64,000 bases of DNA from Camelus dromedarius (taxonomy: Eukaryota). Shown here piece by piece: positions 37,463-51,524 of the stretch. The position numbers and the translations under genes are program-made. The stretch spans positions 14,200,001-14,264,000 of the forward strand of contig NC_087437.1 in assembly GCF_036321535.1 (NCBI RefSeq), written 5' to 3'. The stretch's first letter is position 1, and each line of letters starts with the position of its first letter. The notes under the pieces were generated by a model. The model saw only the letters and a list, made by a program, of their open reading frames with translations, ran no database searches and was not told where the DNA came from.

Positions 37463-37639
37463 ATTGGGAGTTCAAAATTTGCATCTCTTGGGAAGTGATG
37501 GAGATGTTAGCTGTCTTGATTGTGGTGGTGGTTTTATGGGTGTACACATCTATCAAAATTCATCAAATTGTACATCTGAAATATGTACAGTTTACTGTAC
37601 AGGAATCATACCACAATTAAGGAGTTAAAAGAAAAAGAG
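37463..37639 (+). mobile_element. Chimeric-3'-end L1, copy 2 (177 bp)
   Basis: Reverse complement of 5223-5385. A 15-bp TSD aagacagaagagcta/aagacgggagagcta lies at 37448-37462 and 37640-37654. Confidence 0.9.
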
Positions 37640-39360
37640 AAGACGGGAGAGCTAGACCAACTAGAACCTCTTATTCCACATTTCCAAGGAAGGATCTCAT
37701 TGACCCATGTTGAGGGGGTTCCTTTTTCTTTTCCACTTTTCCTACAGTGGGACCTGGCGAATTTACAGGTCCCACTGTGACCATGTGGATTACTGGGAGA
37801 AGGTCAGTCCCACAGTCAACCGGGAGGGCAGCTGAGGGGGACAGTTCAGCAGTACAACCTTAATGATGAAAAAGCAGTCGCATTTAAATTCTAGGCTTGT
37901 ACTGTACCTTTTGTTCAGCTGTTTTGCAGCTCCCTGGTGATTTCCGTCTCCTCTTGCAAGGCTTACTTTGTATAACCTGCACCTGCAGCTCCACTTACAG
38001 GCATCTAAGAGTCGTTTGAGCATTTTTAAGGAAAATTGTCCTTGAGAGACCATGGTGCCTCAGGGGACCCTTATGGGCCATCTCTGCTTTATGAGCTTAT
38101 GTGCCAGCTGTGTCCCAGCCCCCATCATCACCCCGTGTCCTTTAGGAGTCTTTTTCAGCCATTACTTGATGAGGGGTGCTCATACCCAAACAATCGCTAT
38201 GATCCATGCTGTGCTTTGGGGGTGGGGGGTGCTTTATGTCCTAGAATCCTCTTTCCCAGCAGACCTAGGGTTGGGACGACTGTCTGGAGCACCCCAGCTT
38301 CCTCCTGCAGCTATCTCAGCTCATCCCAATGAGGCTCTTCTCCCTCACTTGCCCCTTACCCCGTGAACCCTCAGGGATGCAGAGTCTGCAGGGAGGCACT
38401 AGGGATAGAGCGAGAGAGAATTTCTTGAAGGTGAATGAGTTCAGCGCCATCCAGTCCTAATCAACTCGGGCACTAAATTCTGGGCAACACAAGGAGGCAA
38501 TTAAGCATAAGTGTATGGCGTTTGCTTTGTGGGTGAATATAAATTGCAGAAACTAGAGTTTTTGAAACACTGTGCTCAAGCCAAAACTAGGGCGTACTGA
38601 GCTTCTTCCATCAAATCACCTACCATAAGTACAGAGGAGCCCATCGGATTAAGTTTATAATTGATACATTCAGATGTGCTGCCTCAAATGTTCCAGCCTC
38701 TATAACCATGGAGTTCTGCCCTGAGTCTTGATATCAAAGGTTTTTTGAAGACCTGACACATTTGCCATTATGCAAATAACGTATTCTTACTTTTTTTCCA
38801 ACTGTGAAGTTCAATTAATGTTTTATTATGTGAAGTCAAACAGGCACCCACTCCTTAAACTTCTAGCTTAAAACAAGCAGCGGTATTGTCAGTCTGCTTT
38901 GATGTCTCCTTATCTCTAAGCAGAGGGAACAGGAACAAAGATACCCTGGAGTTCTGCATTCGTTCTATAATTGCAGGGTTCATTGTCTCTCTGCCCTTTT
39001 CAAGTCTTGGGGACTATTTGATCTGGTCTGATACTGTCCAAGCCAGATATTTGAGGACAGCTTGTGAAAGGTTTCCCCTCCCCTTCGTCCCCCCCACAAT
39101 CATAGCATGTTTTACATGAGTTTGCGGTGCATCTGACCCTTCCCTGGGAAGGACTCATTGGGCCCTTAGAGCCAGAGGCCACTATGTCCCAGCTGAGAGG
39201 GACTGAGTGTCCATTTCTCTGCTTACTCATATAGGCTGAGCAAGACACAGATTTTTAAAAAGATATCTCATCAATACATTTAATATTGATAGATGCCGAA
39301 ATGAAATTTGGTTTAAGTAAAATGTGTTTAAACCATCTGTTTCTTTTTACCTTTAAAAAG

Positions 39361-39730
39361 TTTTTTTTAAATTGAAGTATAGTCAGTTACAATGTGTCAG
39401 TTTCTGGTGTACAGCATATTGTTTCAGTCATACGGATACATACATATATTCCTTTTCATACTTTTTCATTATAAGTTCCTACAAGATATTGAATATAGTC
39501 CCCTGTGCTATACAGTAGGACCTTGTTGTTTATCTATTTTACATATAGCAGTTACTATCTGCAAATTTCCAACTCCCAATTTATCCCTTCCCACCCTCTT
39601 TCCCCCTGGTAACGGTAAGTTTGTTTCCTACGTCTGAGTCTGTTTCTGTTTTGTAAATAAGTTCATTTGTGTCATTTTTTTTAAGATTCTACATATAATT
39701 GATACCATATGGTATTTTTCCTTCTCTTCA
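39361..39730 (-). mobile_element. Young L1 3' fragment
   Basis: ttttaaattgaagtatagtcagttacaatgtgtcagtttctggtgtacagca...tttatcccttcccaccctc. Confidence 0.92.
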
Positions 39731-39859
39731 CAGATTTTTTTTTAGCCTCAATTTCTTCATTAGTCAAGTGGGAATACTGTGGAATGCAATGTATTGTTTT
39801 ACCCACCTCATAGGGAATCAGATGATGATCAAAAGAGATCCCAGTGTGGAAGTCCTAAA

Positions 39860-40230
39860 ATCATTTATTGAGCACCTACTGTAAGCCACATACTCTACCA
39901 AGGCCTGGGGTACAGTGCTGGAGTGAAGACAGACATAGTCTCTTCCCATATGGATTTACTTGACTCTACTGGGAAATTAGATACTAAGTTTTAAAAGTCA
40001 AACGAGCAAATGTAAACTGTGACCGTGACAAATGTCCCAAGGCAAAGGTATATGGTGCTATGAGAGGCTGTATTAAGGAGATCTGATCTAGGCTGGAGGT
40101 CAGAGAAGCCTTCCCTGCTGTTGTGATAATGGAGCTATATAATCTGAAGGGAAAATAGGAGGTACCGAGAGGAAGAGATGGAGAGCATTCCAGGCAGTGG
40201 AAACAGCAGGTACAAAGGCCCATGAAGAAA
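39860..40230. mobile_element. L2 fragment
   Basis: tcatttattgagcacctactgt...ggaggtcagagaagccttccctg...gcattccaggcagtggaaacagca. Confidence 0.8.
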
Positions 40231-41424
40231 AGATACAGAGAGTACACGAGGGTCTGAAAGATTGTGTGAAGGGACCACTGGCACCTTGCCCTGCCACTGT
40301 TAATATAAGGGTGCACACAGTGTACACAGAGAGAATAAAGGCAACTTGGCATCATGAGATGAGCGCAAAAACCAGTAAAACCCTGTCGAATCTTAGTTCT
40401 CAAAGTAAATAAAGCCTTTAGCCCCTTCCTGAGAGTGAAAAACAATGTATCTCTGACTTTTACAACTTTCATGTCTTCAGAAATATAAAGATCCTCGCAG
40501 GTATGATAATCAAGTGAGGAACTTCTGTTTTTTGAGCAATGAAAATAACTTCATGGTATTTTTCTTTAATACTGACTTGATCCTTTATTCAGGGTGTCCC
40601 ATTCTTCTGAATGTTGGACTCTCTTGCAACCATTGCAAGAAGCATTTCTTACTGCTTGAATCTCCCTCTGGGATTTCCCTTGACAGTGCTCTGTGGCTAG
40701 AATTGCCCAAAGTGAGGCTAGGGGGATTTCGTTGGGGCCAGCTCACAAAGTCCCGCAGGCCAGCTTCAGAAATCTTGTCTTTACCTTGGGAACAAGGAGG
40801 AAGTCATGGGAGTGGGGTTGGGGACATGATCTCTTTGAGTCCATCACTCTGCCTACCGAGGGAAGAATGCATTAGAGAGGGACAGAGTAAAGGCAAGTGG
40901 ACAAGTTCAGAGGCCACTGTAATGACTCAGTTGAGAGAAGATAAAGGCTTGTCCTAGGGTGGTGGGCATGGTGGGATGGAGAGAAGAAAATAGAATTGGA
41001 AGATATTTAGGTGATAAAATGAACAGAACTTGATTTTGGCCTGAGAACCAGTTGGATGGTGAAGCCATGCCCTGAACAAGGAAGCACTGGGAGAGGGGCA
41101 AGCTTGGGGTCTTGTGAAGTCCCATAGGCATGTGAAGTGCGACCCTCATTTCCCAGGGATTGAGGAATTCCCCAGATGAAGATGCTATTATACTTCATTC
41201 CAAACCACAGGATGCTTCCCAGCACCCCCAAATCTCAGGGTATAATCCATTAAACCCTCTACAAATGCACAGCATTCATAGTCATAGCCACTGTTGTAGC
41301 TCCTTGGAGGATATTCATTGAAATGGATCTATTCCCTGGGACCAAGAGAGATGGGGCAGTAAGCCACAGTCGTCTTCTGTTAAAAACCCTTTATGTTTAC
41401 CTGACATTAAAAAATTCACAAGGT

Positions 41425-41625
41425 GCTTTATCACGGTGCGACTCAAAGTGTGGTCTCCAGAAGGCAGCATCAGTTTCAACTGAAAGCTTGTTAGAAATGC
41501 AGATACTCAGACCTTTGGACTTCAAAACTCAGTGTGTATGTGGGGGAAAGTGTCAACAATCTGTGTTGACAAGCTCTCTGGGTGATTCTGATGCACACAC
41601 ACTCAAGTTTGTGAAGCATTGCTTA
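41425..41625. mobile_element. MER5A-like element
   Basis: ctcaaagtgtggtc...cttgttagaaatgcagatactcag...ggtgattctgatgcaca. Confidence 0.85.
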
Positions 41626-41977
41626 CGATACAGCATCTCTTCTTTGCTTAGCAACAATTGTGGAAGGTGGATATCATTACCACCCTTGATTCACCAAGGA
41701 AGGACCGAGGCTTGAAGAGATTAAGTGACTTGCTGAAACATGCAGTTGGTGGTGGCAAAGGTAGAAATCCTGCCCACCAATCTTCTAAATCTACATTTAG
41801 TGCCAATCACTGCCTTCTTACTTGAAATGGATGCAAAGAACTTGAGGGAACAGATGTGTAAGTTTTGAGGGGGACTGAGGGTGGATATGGAAGAGATATA
41901 AGGATCTCCTCCTTTACAACAAATAATAAACCACCAGATTATATTCTTCTGCCTAGGGAGGGGGTCATAGGTGGGAG

Positions 41978-42187
41978 CAGGGGTATGCTAGAGCCAGCTG
42001 GTACCAGTTCAGGAGAACCAATAATGCACATCTCTTTCAAACTCTGCGTTCAGTGACAATTGAACTGGTAGGTTATAATAGACCAGGATGGGAGTATTTA
42101 CACCATAGAAAATGGCAAAACTACAGATCAGGGCTCCTCACCCCAACACCCAGAACTGGTTGTTAAATATTTACCAGCACACCCCTG
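41978..42187. mobile_element. MER63-like hAT-Blackjack element
   Basis: Termini caggggtatgctag...ccagcacacccctg form an imperfect TIR. The internal sequence includes gggagtatttacacca. Confidence 0.8.
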
Positions 42188-42492
42188 GATGGGAGTCAGA
42201 AGATCTCAGAGACAAAGTGTCATAAATTATAAATCATAAATTAGGGAAAGGATTCATAGAGAAGTGGGGGCATGTCACTATGATCAAGGTAAAGTGTTGC
42301 TGATCATAATTATGAACTAGATTTTTCTCCTTTGGATTAAAATAACTGGCAACAAATAAGCCAACCTTAATTCCCATGCTTCCAGGTGCGCTAACCAAGT
42401 CAAGATGGGGAAAATTTATTGAATGCACTATGTTTGAGACAAAAAAACCAAACAGGGGTCTCTAGTTTTTACTAAATGTAAAAAGCAACATG

Positions 42493-43270
42493 TGGGTATG
42501 GAGAAAAAGGAACCCTCCTACACCGTTGGTAGGAATGTGGTTTGGTGCAGCCATTATGGAGGACAGTATGGAGATTCCTCAGAAGACTGAAAATAGACTT
42601 ACCATATGATCCAGCAATCCCTCTCCTAGGTATGTATCCAGAGGAAACTCTAATTTGAAAAGATACATGCACCCCAGTGTTCATAGCAGCACTATTTACA
42701 ACAGCCAAGGCATGGAAGCAACCTAACTGTCCATTGACAGATGATTGAATAAAGAAGTTGTGGTATATTTATATGATGGAATACTACTCAGCTGTAAAAA
42801 GGAATAAAATAATGCCATTTGCAGCAACATGGATAGACCTGGAGATCGTCATTCTAAGTGAAATAAGCCAGAAAGAGAGAAAAATACCATGTGATTACTC
42901 ATACGTGGAATTCCCCCCCCCCAAAAAAAAGAAAGAAAAGAAAAGAAAAGGATACAAATGAATTTATTTACAAAACAGAAACAGACTCACAGACATAGAA
43001 AACAAACTATGGTTACTGGCGGGGAGAGGGACTGGGAAGGGATAAACTGGGAGTTCAAGATATGCAGATACTAACTAATATATATAAAATAGATGAACAA
43101 GTTTCTTCTGTCTAGCACAGGGAACTGTATTCAATATCTTGTTAGTAACCTATAATGAAAAGAATATGAAAAGGAATATATGTGTATGTATGACTGAAAC
43201 ATTAAACTGTGTATCAGAAATTGACACAACATTGTACACTGAGTATATTTTAATCAAAAAAAAAAAAAAG
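42493..43270 (+). mobile_element. 5'-truncated young L1 with TSD
   Basis: ORF2 C-terminus ([37 protein letters not shown]), 3' UTR and poly(A). agcaacatg is duplicated at 42484-42492 and 43271-43279. Confidence 0.95.
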
Positions 43271-44192
43271 AGCAACATGGGCTGGATTTTGATAACAAAG
43301 ACCACTTAGTCCTTTTTCCCAGCATCAGCTTAAAGTCGCTCTTAAGAATTCTTGAACAAAATGGTAACAGGTACCACCAGCAAGACTTCCACACCTGGAA
43401 AGAAATGAGCTTTTTGTCAAGATCAGGTTTATGTTACATTTCAATTGGAACTCAAGTTGAATACAATTCTATGAATTTTTCTAAAAACCCAAGAAAAACT
43501 GTCATTATATTGAAACACAGTTTCATTCTGGGAGGCTTGTTTAAAATGGAACCTATCTTAGTAAAATTGGAAAATATTTTGGTTTAGAAACCGACACTTA
43601 CGATGTTGGAGTATTTAAATCATAATGTCATGGAACTTGGCTATTGAAACCAATTATAGGAATCACCAAGAATCTCTCTAGCCCGGTGAGTATCAACTTG
43701 GGTGTCAACACAGAATCACTTGGGGAGCTTTTAAAAATACTGATTCCCAGACTGCAGCCCAGAGCAGTTAAATTGGTGTCTCTGGCAGTGAAACCCAAGC
43801 CTTATTTTACAGCACCTCAGATGGTTCCAGTGTACAGGAAAGGTCAATATCCCTAGGCCTGTAACAATAAGGGGGGTGGTCCTAGGCACCTCCCAGCCTT
43901 AGTTTACAGATGAATTTGTAATTATACATTTATTTATGAGATTATTATAATAATGTAGGCACCCCCAACAGTCTGTAAACTCCATGAGAGAGGGATTGTG
44001 TCTGAGTTTTGCTCACTATTTATTCAACAAATATTTACTGAGGACTTATTCTGAGTCAGACTCTGTTCTAAGAACTAGAATTACTGCCTCGAACATAGTA
44101 GTCACTCAGTAAATGCATCTGTCAGTTACAAAAAGGCAGGAGAGAAGCAGTATACGGAAGCATACACGAAGGCAGCCCTTTGCCTAAGAAGT

Positions 44193-44365
44193 GCAGTTCT
44201 CAGAGTGGTCCCTGGATAAGCAATGTCCGTGTCATCTGGGAACTTGTCAGAAATGCAAATTCTTGGGTCTCACTCCAGAAATTCTGGGGGTGGGGGCTAG
44301 AAACCCATTTCAACAAGCACCCAAGTGATTCTGATTAGTGCAAAGGTTCAAGAACCAAAGCAGTA
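44193..44365. mobile_element. MER5A-like element
   Basis: ttctcagagtggtccctgga...tgggaacttgtcagaaatgcaaattcttggg. Confidence 0.85.
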
Positions 44366-47300
44366 GAGGTGCTGGAGGAATTGGGAGCTGATTACATGCT
44401 TCAGATTTGGTTTTGGCATCAGTTGACAAACGCCACCTTTGGTCCTCCCACCAGCTGCCTCTTTGTCTATCACTCTTTAAGGCTCCTTACCTGCTGCAGA
44501 AAATCTTAGGATTAGAAGGGACCACTCAGGTTTTGATTCCCCAGGTATAGCTCTTCCATCAAGTGGAGGCCTCTACCTTCAAGGAAGACGAGAATGCAAG
44601 GTTGGTTTGGTTGAATCTTCTTTTTAAGGGAGTTGGCGGTGTTAGAAATCAAGCACACATAACCTCATAAATCAGGGATGGGAGTGTTTGTTGCTGGTTG
44701 TAAAATTTGACATCACCTCATCCTGCTGTTTCTGCCTTGGTAACTCCAGCCATTGGCACCCCCCATTTGTTTTTGTTTCTCCCTTGCTGGGATGGCCAAG
44801 AATTTTCAAAGAAAATCATAAAGCCTTGCTAGTTTGTTGCACTGCCCAGCCACACTGTCCAGCTTTGATGAAGCCCTCCCTGGTGCTTCTGCTCATCTTT
44901 TTGTCCCCTCTTCCCCACTCCTGATACCCGTTTTCCACTTTCCTCACCCCCAACTCCACTCTGACCTCTTTCACTCTCAGCTGTGATCTTGCCTTTCCTC
45001 TTAGAAGGTCAAGGAGTCTAACACATTGTCTCTCAGCTCCCTTCTCTCTACCTGATCTTTCCGCATCTTGTTCCTTTCTTCATATTTCATTTTATTTACA
45101 AATGATTTATGAGACCCTTTTATGTGCCAGGCACTGTGCAGCCTATAATCTTGCCGCTCGGGTGCATCCAGGGAAGGCTGATCATAAACATGCAAGGAAG
45201 CAAATACACATATGAATATACAAGATAGGATAATTATAAGTTGCAACAAGAGCCACAAAGGAAATTCAAGGTCCCCAAAGAGAGAGTAACAGAAAGAGGA
45301 AGAGATGACCTGTTTCTCCCCAGGGCTTTCCACCCTCTGTCATTGTGATTCCAGCCTGGTTTACTTCTGATTTAATTACTGTCATTTCTCTTATTCCAAA
45401 TCCTTTCCTTCTGCTTACAAATAGAATTGACTCCCCTCCCCTATTATAAAACATCTTCATAACTCTGGGACTGGTTTACAATTGGTTTTTCTTTCCACCT
45501 GTCTATTGACATTGGACCTTCCAATTCTCTTCCTTAACTAGTGACAGCACTTACTGTCCCTGTCATAGCTCTCATTCTTCTTTAGGGTTACTAAACACCT
45601 AAGGATGAGAACTGTGACTTAAACATTTGATTTTCCCCCGAGGCATTGCCAGGAAAACAGTAAGTATTTGGAATGGATTGCTGTTAGCTGCTGTGGTGAT
45701 TAGCAGATATTCTTAAGTAATATCTTAGTATTTCTTAATTGATTTGATGCTTTGTGCATTTTATGGATTTGAAAACCTGGAAGCTGGGAATTAGATGCTT
45801 CAACTGGGAAAGAAATGGATTCTTACTCCAAAAACTAAAAGCCAGGATCATCTGCAGCCCTGATACTGGAAAACAGGACCTCAGTAAAGGCTGTCATAGC
45901 AACACACAGCATTGCTTTGTCTTAGGCAATGTAAAGTAGCCTTTTTAAATATATGACTGTAAAGGTTACATTATTTTTAAGTATATATTCACATTTTTGC
46001 TCTGAAGTGCCCCTATTTCCCACTATTAGCAATTTCTGGAATACATGCCCAGGCCTTCTCTGGTACTTCCTCCTCCCAACAAGCCGAAGTGCCTTGTTGG
46101 GCCACATCTGATGTGCTAATAGATGCATCGTAGCACAGTAAGATGCTTAATGATGTGCTGTGGAGAGACTGCTGTCAGGGTTTGCAGGAAGAGAGACTTG
46201 TTTACAAAGTTTTACGGCAGTGAGACTAGGAAGCAGCCTCTTAGGGAATGTTGGGTTCAGGTAGACCAAGAGTGAGATGAGAGGACCCTCCAGGTGACCA
46301 GGGCCATTAGCAGGAATAAGCATCTGAAGTAGAGATGAACCAAACTGCCGGTACCAAGTTTGTTAACAATCTTTGAACTCTACTGAGTTTTACCTGAGTA
46401 TATGAAGACCCAACCACAATTCAGTAAAAACTGGAGAGGGAAAGTGTTTCTACTGAATTTTTTTTTTTTCAGGGAACAAGTTGCAAAATGCAGATAATTT
46501 TCCAAGTCCCATCCACAAATACCATTCCTCTTTCTAATCAACATGGTAACATGGTGGGTGGAGATACAGAGTGTAATGGTTAATTCCTTATGAGTAAAAA
46601 CCAACTTTCAATTTTTTAAATCATATGTTTTAATATTTCAAAATAGGCCATGATCAAACCTCCATAACCCCCAATTGTACATGTTATAGACCAGACAGAG
46701 GAAAACAGAGCTTCACTTTCCCCATGGTTACCCATGTGTATAGCAGTCTGTTATTTGAAGGCCTGTTTATTTAACAGAATCATCCAAACTCAGTGAGCTG
46801 AGAAGGCCAGATTTACGGGAAAGCCTTCAAATATATATCTGTTTAGGCGTGATTATTCTCCCTGGGAGAAATGGGCAAAATGTGGCAGATTTGAATTTTT
46901 CTGTGGTCATTTCTAATTCTATGCTAATATTAGACCTCAGTGTGATTAATAATATAACTCAGTTGTAGCCTCTTGATAATTATCCTCATTAGGCTCATGT
47001 ATAATACCATTTTTCCTCCTATGAGAAACCCACATCATTTTACAAATTTTCACTTGCCTAATAGACAGCAGTCCTCACTTACAAGGCAAGTGCAAATTGC
47101 ATTTAGATGAGTCTAGAAAAGGGAGATGCTCTCCTTTATGTAATGTTTTTAGTTTCCACCTGTTCTTTAGATGTATTTTTACTTTACTCTTTGATGAATG
47201 CCCTTTCCTACTCAGTTCTTTTGAATTTCTGATTGGAGGAGTTTCTATAGCTCTTCAAACAAGTTTAAATTGAAAACTCTTGTGTTTTAATATCCAAAGA

Positions 47301-48566
47301 AGTAGAATCGACTACTCCCTGCCTCTGCTGCTAATTTCATATTTTGTGCCCTTCCGTAGTTAGACTGCAAACACCTCAAAGGCAGGGATAGAGGTTGATC
47401 CACATTTATATCCCTGGGGTTTTGAGCTCAATGCTTGGCAATTGGAGATACTCGATAAGGCTGTTTGAACCAAAGGATAAATGCATGAATGACCATTCCA
47501 TCCTCGTCCACCACATTAGACATTTCCTAGGTCCATGGAGGAGACACAGGGATGGGAAGATAGTGGAAATGAACAGAGGAAGGCAGGGAGGATATCTGTA
47601 AGGATGTTATGATGAAAACCCTGGATTGTACTTATGTTGGAAAAAGGGAATAAAATATGGCTCATAGACACCTTGTACAGTGTACTGGTTGGGAGCTCTC
47701 ACATCTCAGGAGCGTCCTTTGTGACATGTGATCCTACCTATCTCTCTTTAGAACATTTGTTTCTGCACTCATAGCACTGAGTTGTTACAAACTCTGAAGG
47801 TTCTCACTCTTTGGGAGAAAAAATACCTGGGAGTTCAGACACACCAACAGGGTGGCAAAAACAAAGCACTTAAGATAATTTAGAATCTGTTTATATGTCA
47901 GGATATTTATGTACACATTTTAAATTTAATCTTCTTAATAACCCAATAAGATTAATATTATCCTAATTTTGAGATTCAAAATGGCTTTCCTGTTTCAGGG
48001 AAGCTTTGAGAACTACAGAAGCTCCTGTGAACTCTCCACCAAAAAACTAGAGAGTCTGGTGTAACATTTTTGGCAGTTTTTCTTTCCCCTAGTACCGTGA
48101 GGTACTGTAGTAGCGTCTCTGTGTGTGGGTTTGTGTATGTAAATGTACAATTGTATGATTTAAAAAAAATTATCATATGATAAAATTGGCTTTTCCCCTT
48201 TTGGTACAGTTCTATGAATTTGAACATATGTATAGTTTTGTATTACACCCACCACAATTAGACACAAAACAGTTCTGTCACCCTAAAGAGCTCCCTTGTG
48301 CTGTCACTTTTAGTCATACCCCCTCCCCCCATCTATATTCCCTGGCAGCCACTGACCTATTCTCTATCACCATAATTTTATCTTTTTGATAATGTTCTAT
48401 AAATAGACTTAAATAATACATAACCTTTTGAGACTGGCTTTGTTTATGCAGTAGAATGCCTTTAAGATTCATGTAAGTTGTATATATCAAAGTTCATTCA
48501 TTCCTGTGTGATAATTGGGATTCCATTGTATGGACGTACTGCAGTTTGTTTATTCATTTGTCCATC

Positions 48567-49072
48567 TGTGGTAGATGGATTGACCACCCTCCCAAAGATA
48601 TTAATGTCCAAATCCCTGTGATGTTTTATTACATGGCAGGAAAGCATTAAGGTTGCAGATGGAATTAAGGTTGCTAATTATCTGACCTTAAGGTGCAGAG
48701 TTATTATTGGTTAGCTAGGTGGACCCAGTGTCATCACAAGCATCCTTAAATGGAGAAGAGGGAGTCAGATAAGTCAGAACCAAAGAGACAACATTGTGAA
48801 GAAGACTCAGTGGGTCACTGGTGACTTTCAAAATGGAAGGAGTCATGAGCCAAAGATTGCAGACAGTCTATAGAAGCTGGAAAGGGCCAGAAAATTGATT
48901 CTTCCCTAGAGCCTCCAGAAAGGAATGCAGCCCTGTCAAACAAAGCCTTGATTCTAGCCCTGTGAGACCCATTTCAGACTTCTGATCTCCAGAACTGTAA
49001 GATAGTAAGTGTGCGTTGTTTCCAGCCACGATGTACAGTAATTTGCTACAGCAGCAATAGGAAATGAGAACA
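48567..49072 (+). mobile_element. MaLR LTR (MLT1D-like) inserted in L1M
   Basis: tgtggtag...ccctagagcctccagaaaggaatgcagccctg...acagcagcaataggaaa. Confidence 0.9.
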
Positions 49073-50892
49073 TCACTAAAGAACATTAGCTAGTTTCCAG
49101 TTTGGGTGATTATGAATAGAACTGCTATAAACATTTAGATACTTTTTTTTTTCATGTGAACACAAGATTTCTTTAGGGAAAATACTCCAGAGTAGGATTG
49201 CTGGCTCCTATGGTAAATATACGTTTAACTTTATAAGAAACTGCCAAACTGTTTGCTAGACTGTCTGTACCATTTACATTCCCATCAACAACATACGAGA
49301 GTCTGGTTGCTTCCTATTACCATCAGATGGTAACAAGATTATTTATTTTAGCCATTCTATAGTTGAGTAGTAGTTTTAATTTGCATTTCCCTAATGGCTG
49401 ATGATGTTAAACTCCTAAAAATGTGTCTATTTGCCAACTTTATATCCTTTTTAGTGAAGTTCTAAGTCTTTTTCTCATCTAAAATTGGGTCGTTGTCTTA
49501 TTGTTGAGTTTTGAGAGTTCTTTATTTTGTATATAAGTCCTTTGTTAGAGATGACTCTGCGTGAGTCTTGTTTCTGAACTCTATGCTCCGTTGATTTATG
49601 TGTCTGTCCCTTGGTCAGCACTACACATGTGTTGATTATTATAACTTTCTAGGACAACTTGGAATTGGATAGTGTGAGTCCTCCAACTTTACTCTCCTTT
49701 ATCAGTATAAATATTAGCTATTCCACTCCCTTTGCCTTCCCATATAAAGTTTAAAATCTGTTTGTGTATTGGTTAAATCTATAGATCATTTGGGGGAAAC
49801 TGACATCTTTACTATCTTTAATATCTCTCTCCATTTATTTAGATCTTCTTCAAATTCTTTTATCAGCATTTTTAGTTTTCAGCATACAGACCTTGTACAT
49901 GTTTTGTTATATTTCTATTTCCTGAGTTATTTTAAATAGGATAGTTGTTTAAATTTTAGTTTCTAACTGTACATTGTTAGAATATAGAAATTCAGTTGAA
50001 TTTTTGCATGTGTTGACTTTATACACTGCAACCTTGCTAGACTCACTTATTAGTTCTAGGACCTTCCGGAATTTCCTGAAATTTTCTACATAGACAATCA
50101 TGTGTGCAAATAGGGAGATTTTTATTTCTTCCTTTATAATCTCTATACTTTTTATTTCTTCTTTATTTACTTTTTCCCTTTTGCTCTAAGATTTCCTGTA
50201 CAATGTTGAATGGAAGTGGTGAGAGGGAATAGCCTTGCCTTGATTCCAGTTTAGGGGGAAAGCAACCTGTCTTCCACCATCAAGTATAATGTTAGTTGTC
50301 AGGTTTGTAGATGCCCTTTATCAGGTTCAGAAATGACTCTTCTATTCCTAGTTTGCTGATACTTTTTACATGAATAAGTGTTATATTTGTCAAATGTTTT
50401 TCTGCATCTGTTAATAACATCATGGAACTTAAAAGAAATTCTTAATATGGTATATTACATGAATTGGTTGATTTTCAAATATTGAATCAACATTGCTTTC
50501 TTAAAATAAACCTCACTGGGTCTTGGTGTAGTATTCTTTTTGTATATTGCTGGGTTCTATTTTTTAATATTTTGAGAATTTTTGTGTCTATGTTCATAGG
50601 AGATATTTGTCTGTAGTTCTCTCTCTCTCTCTCATAGTGTCTTTGTCTGGTTTTGTTGTCAGGGTAATGCAGCCCTCATGAAATAAGTTGAAAAGTATTT
50701 CCTCCTCTTCTATTTTCTGGATGAGATTATGTCGAATTGCTGTTATGCATTTTTAAAATGTTTGAATAGAATTTACCAGTGAAACTATCTGGGTCTAGAG
50801 ATTTATTTTTCCAAAGGTTTAACAGATTATTTAAAAAATTATTATATAGTAAATTGAATCATTTTCTTTTGATATGTAGTTCTATGAATTTT

Positions 50893-51524
50893 TTTTATTG
50901 AAGTTTAGTTGATTTACAATACTATATTAGTTTCAAATGTACAACATAGTGATTCAGTATTTTTATATATTATACTTCATTCAAAATTATTACAACATAA
51001 CGGCTATATTTCCCTGTGCTGTACAGTATATCCTTGTTGCTTCTTTATTTTATACATAGTAGTTTGTATCTCTTAATCTGCTACCCCTTTGTGCCCCTTC
51101 CCCTTTTCTGTCTCCCCACTAGTAACCACTAGTTTGTTCTCTGTATCTGTGAGTGTGTTTCTGTTTTCTTATATTTGTTTTATTTTTTAGATTCCACATA
51201 TGGGTGATAACAGTATTTGTCTTCCTCTGTCTGACATTTCACTAGGCCTAATACCTCTAGGTCCATCTACGTTGCAGTTGACAGAATTTCATTCTTTTTA
51301 TGGATGGGTAATAATCCACTGTGTGGGTGTATGTCTCCGTGTGTGTGTGTGTGTGTGTATGTGTGTGTATGTGTTTGTGTATACGTTTATCTCAGATCTT
51401 CTTTATCCATTCATCTGCTGATGGAGACACTTAGGTTCCATATCTTGGCTATTGTAAATAATGCTACTATAAACATTGGGGTGCACGTATCTTTTTGAAC
51501 TTGTGTTTCCATTTTCTTCAGATC
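50893..51524 (-). mobile_element. L1 3' fragment with perfect 15-bp TSD and an internal (TG)n
   Basis: TSD agttctatgaatttt at 50878-50892 and 51525-51539. Confidence 0.93.
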
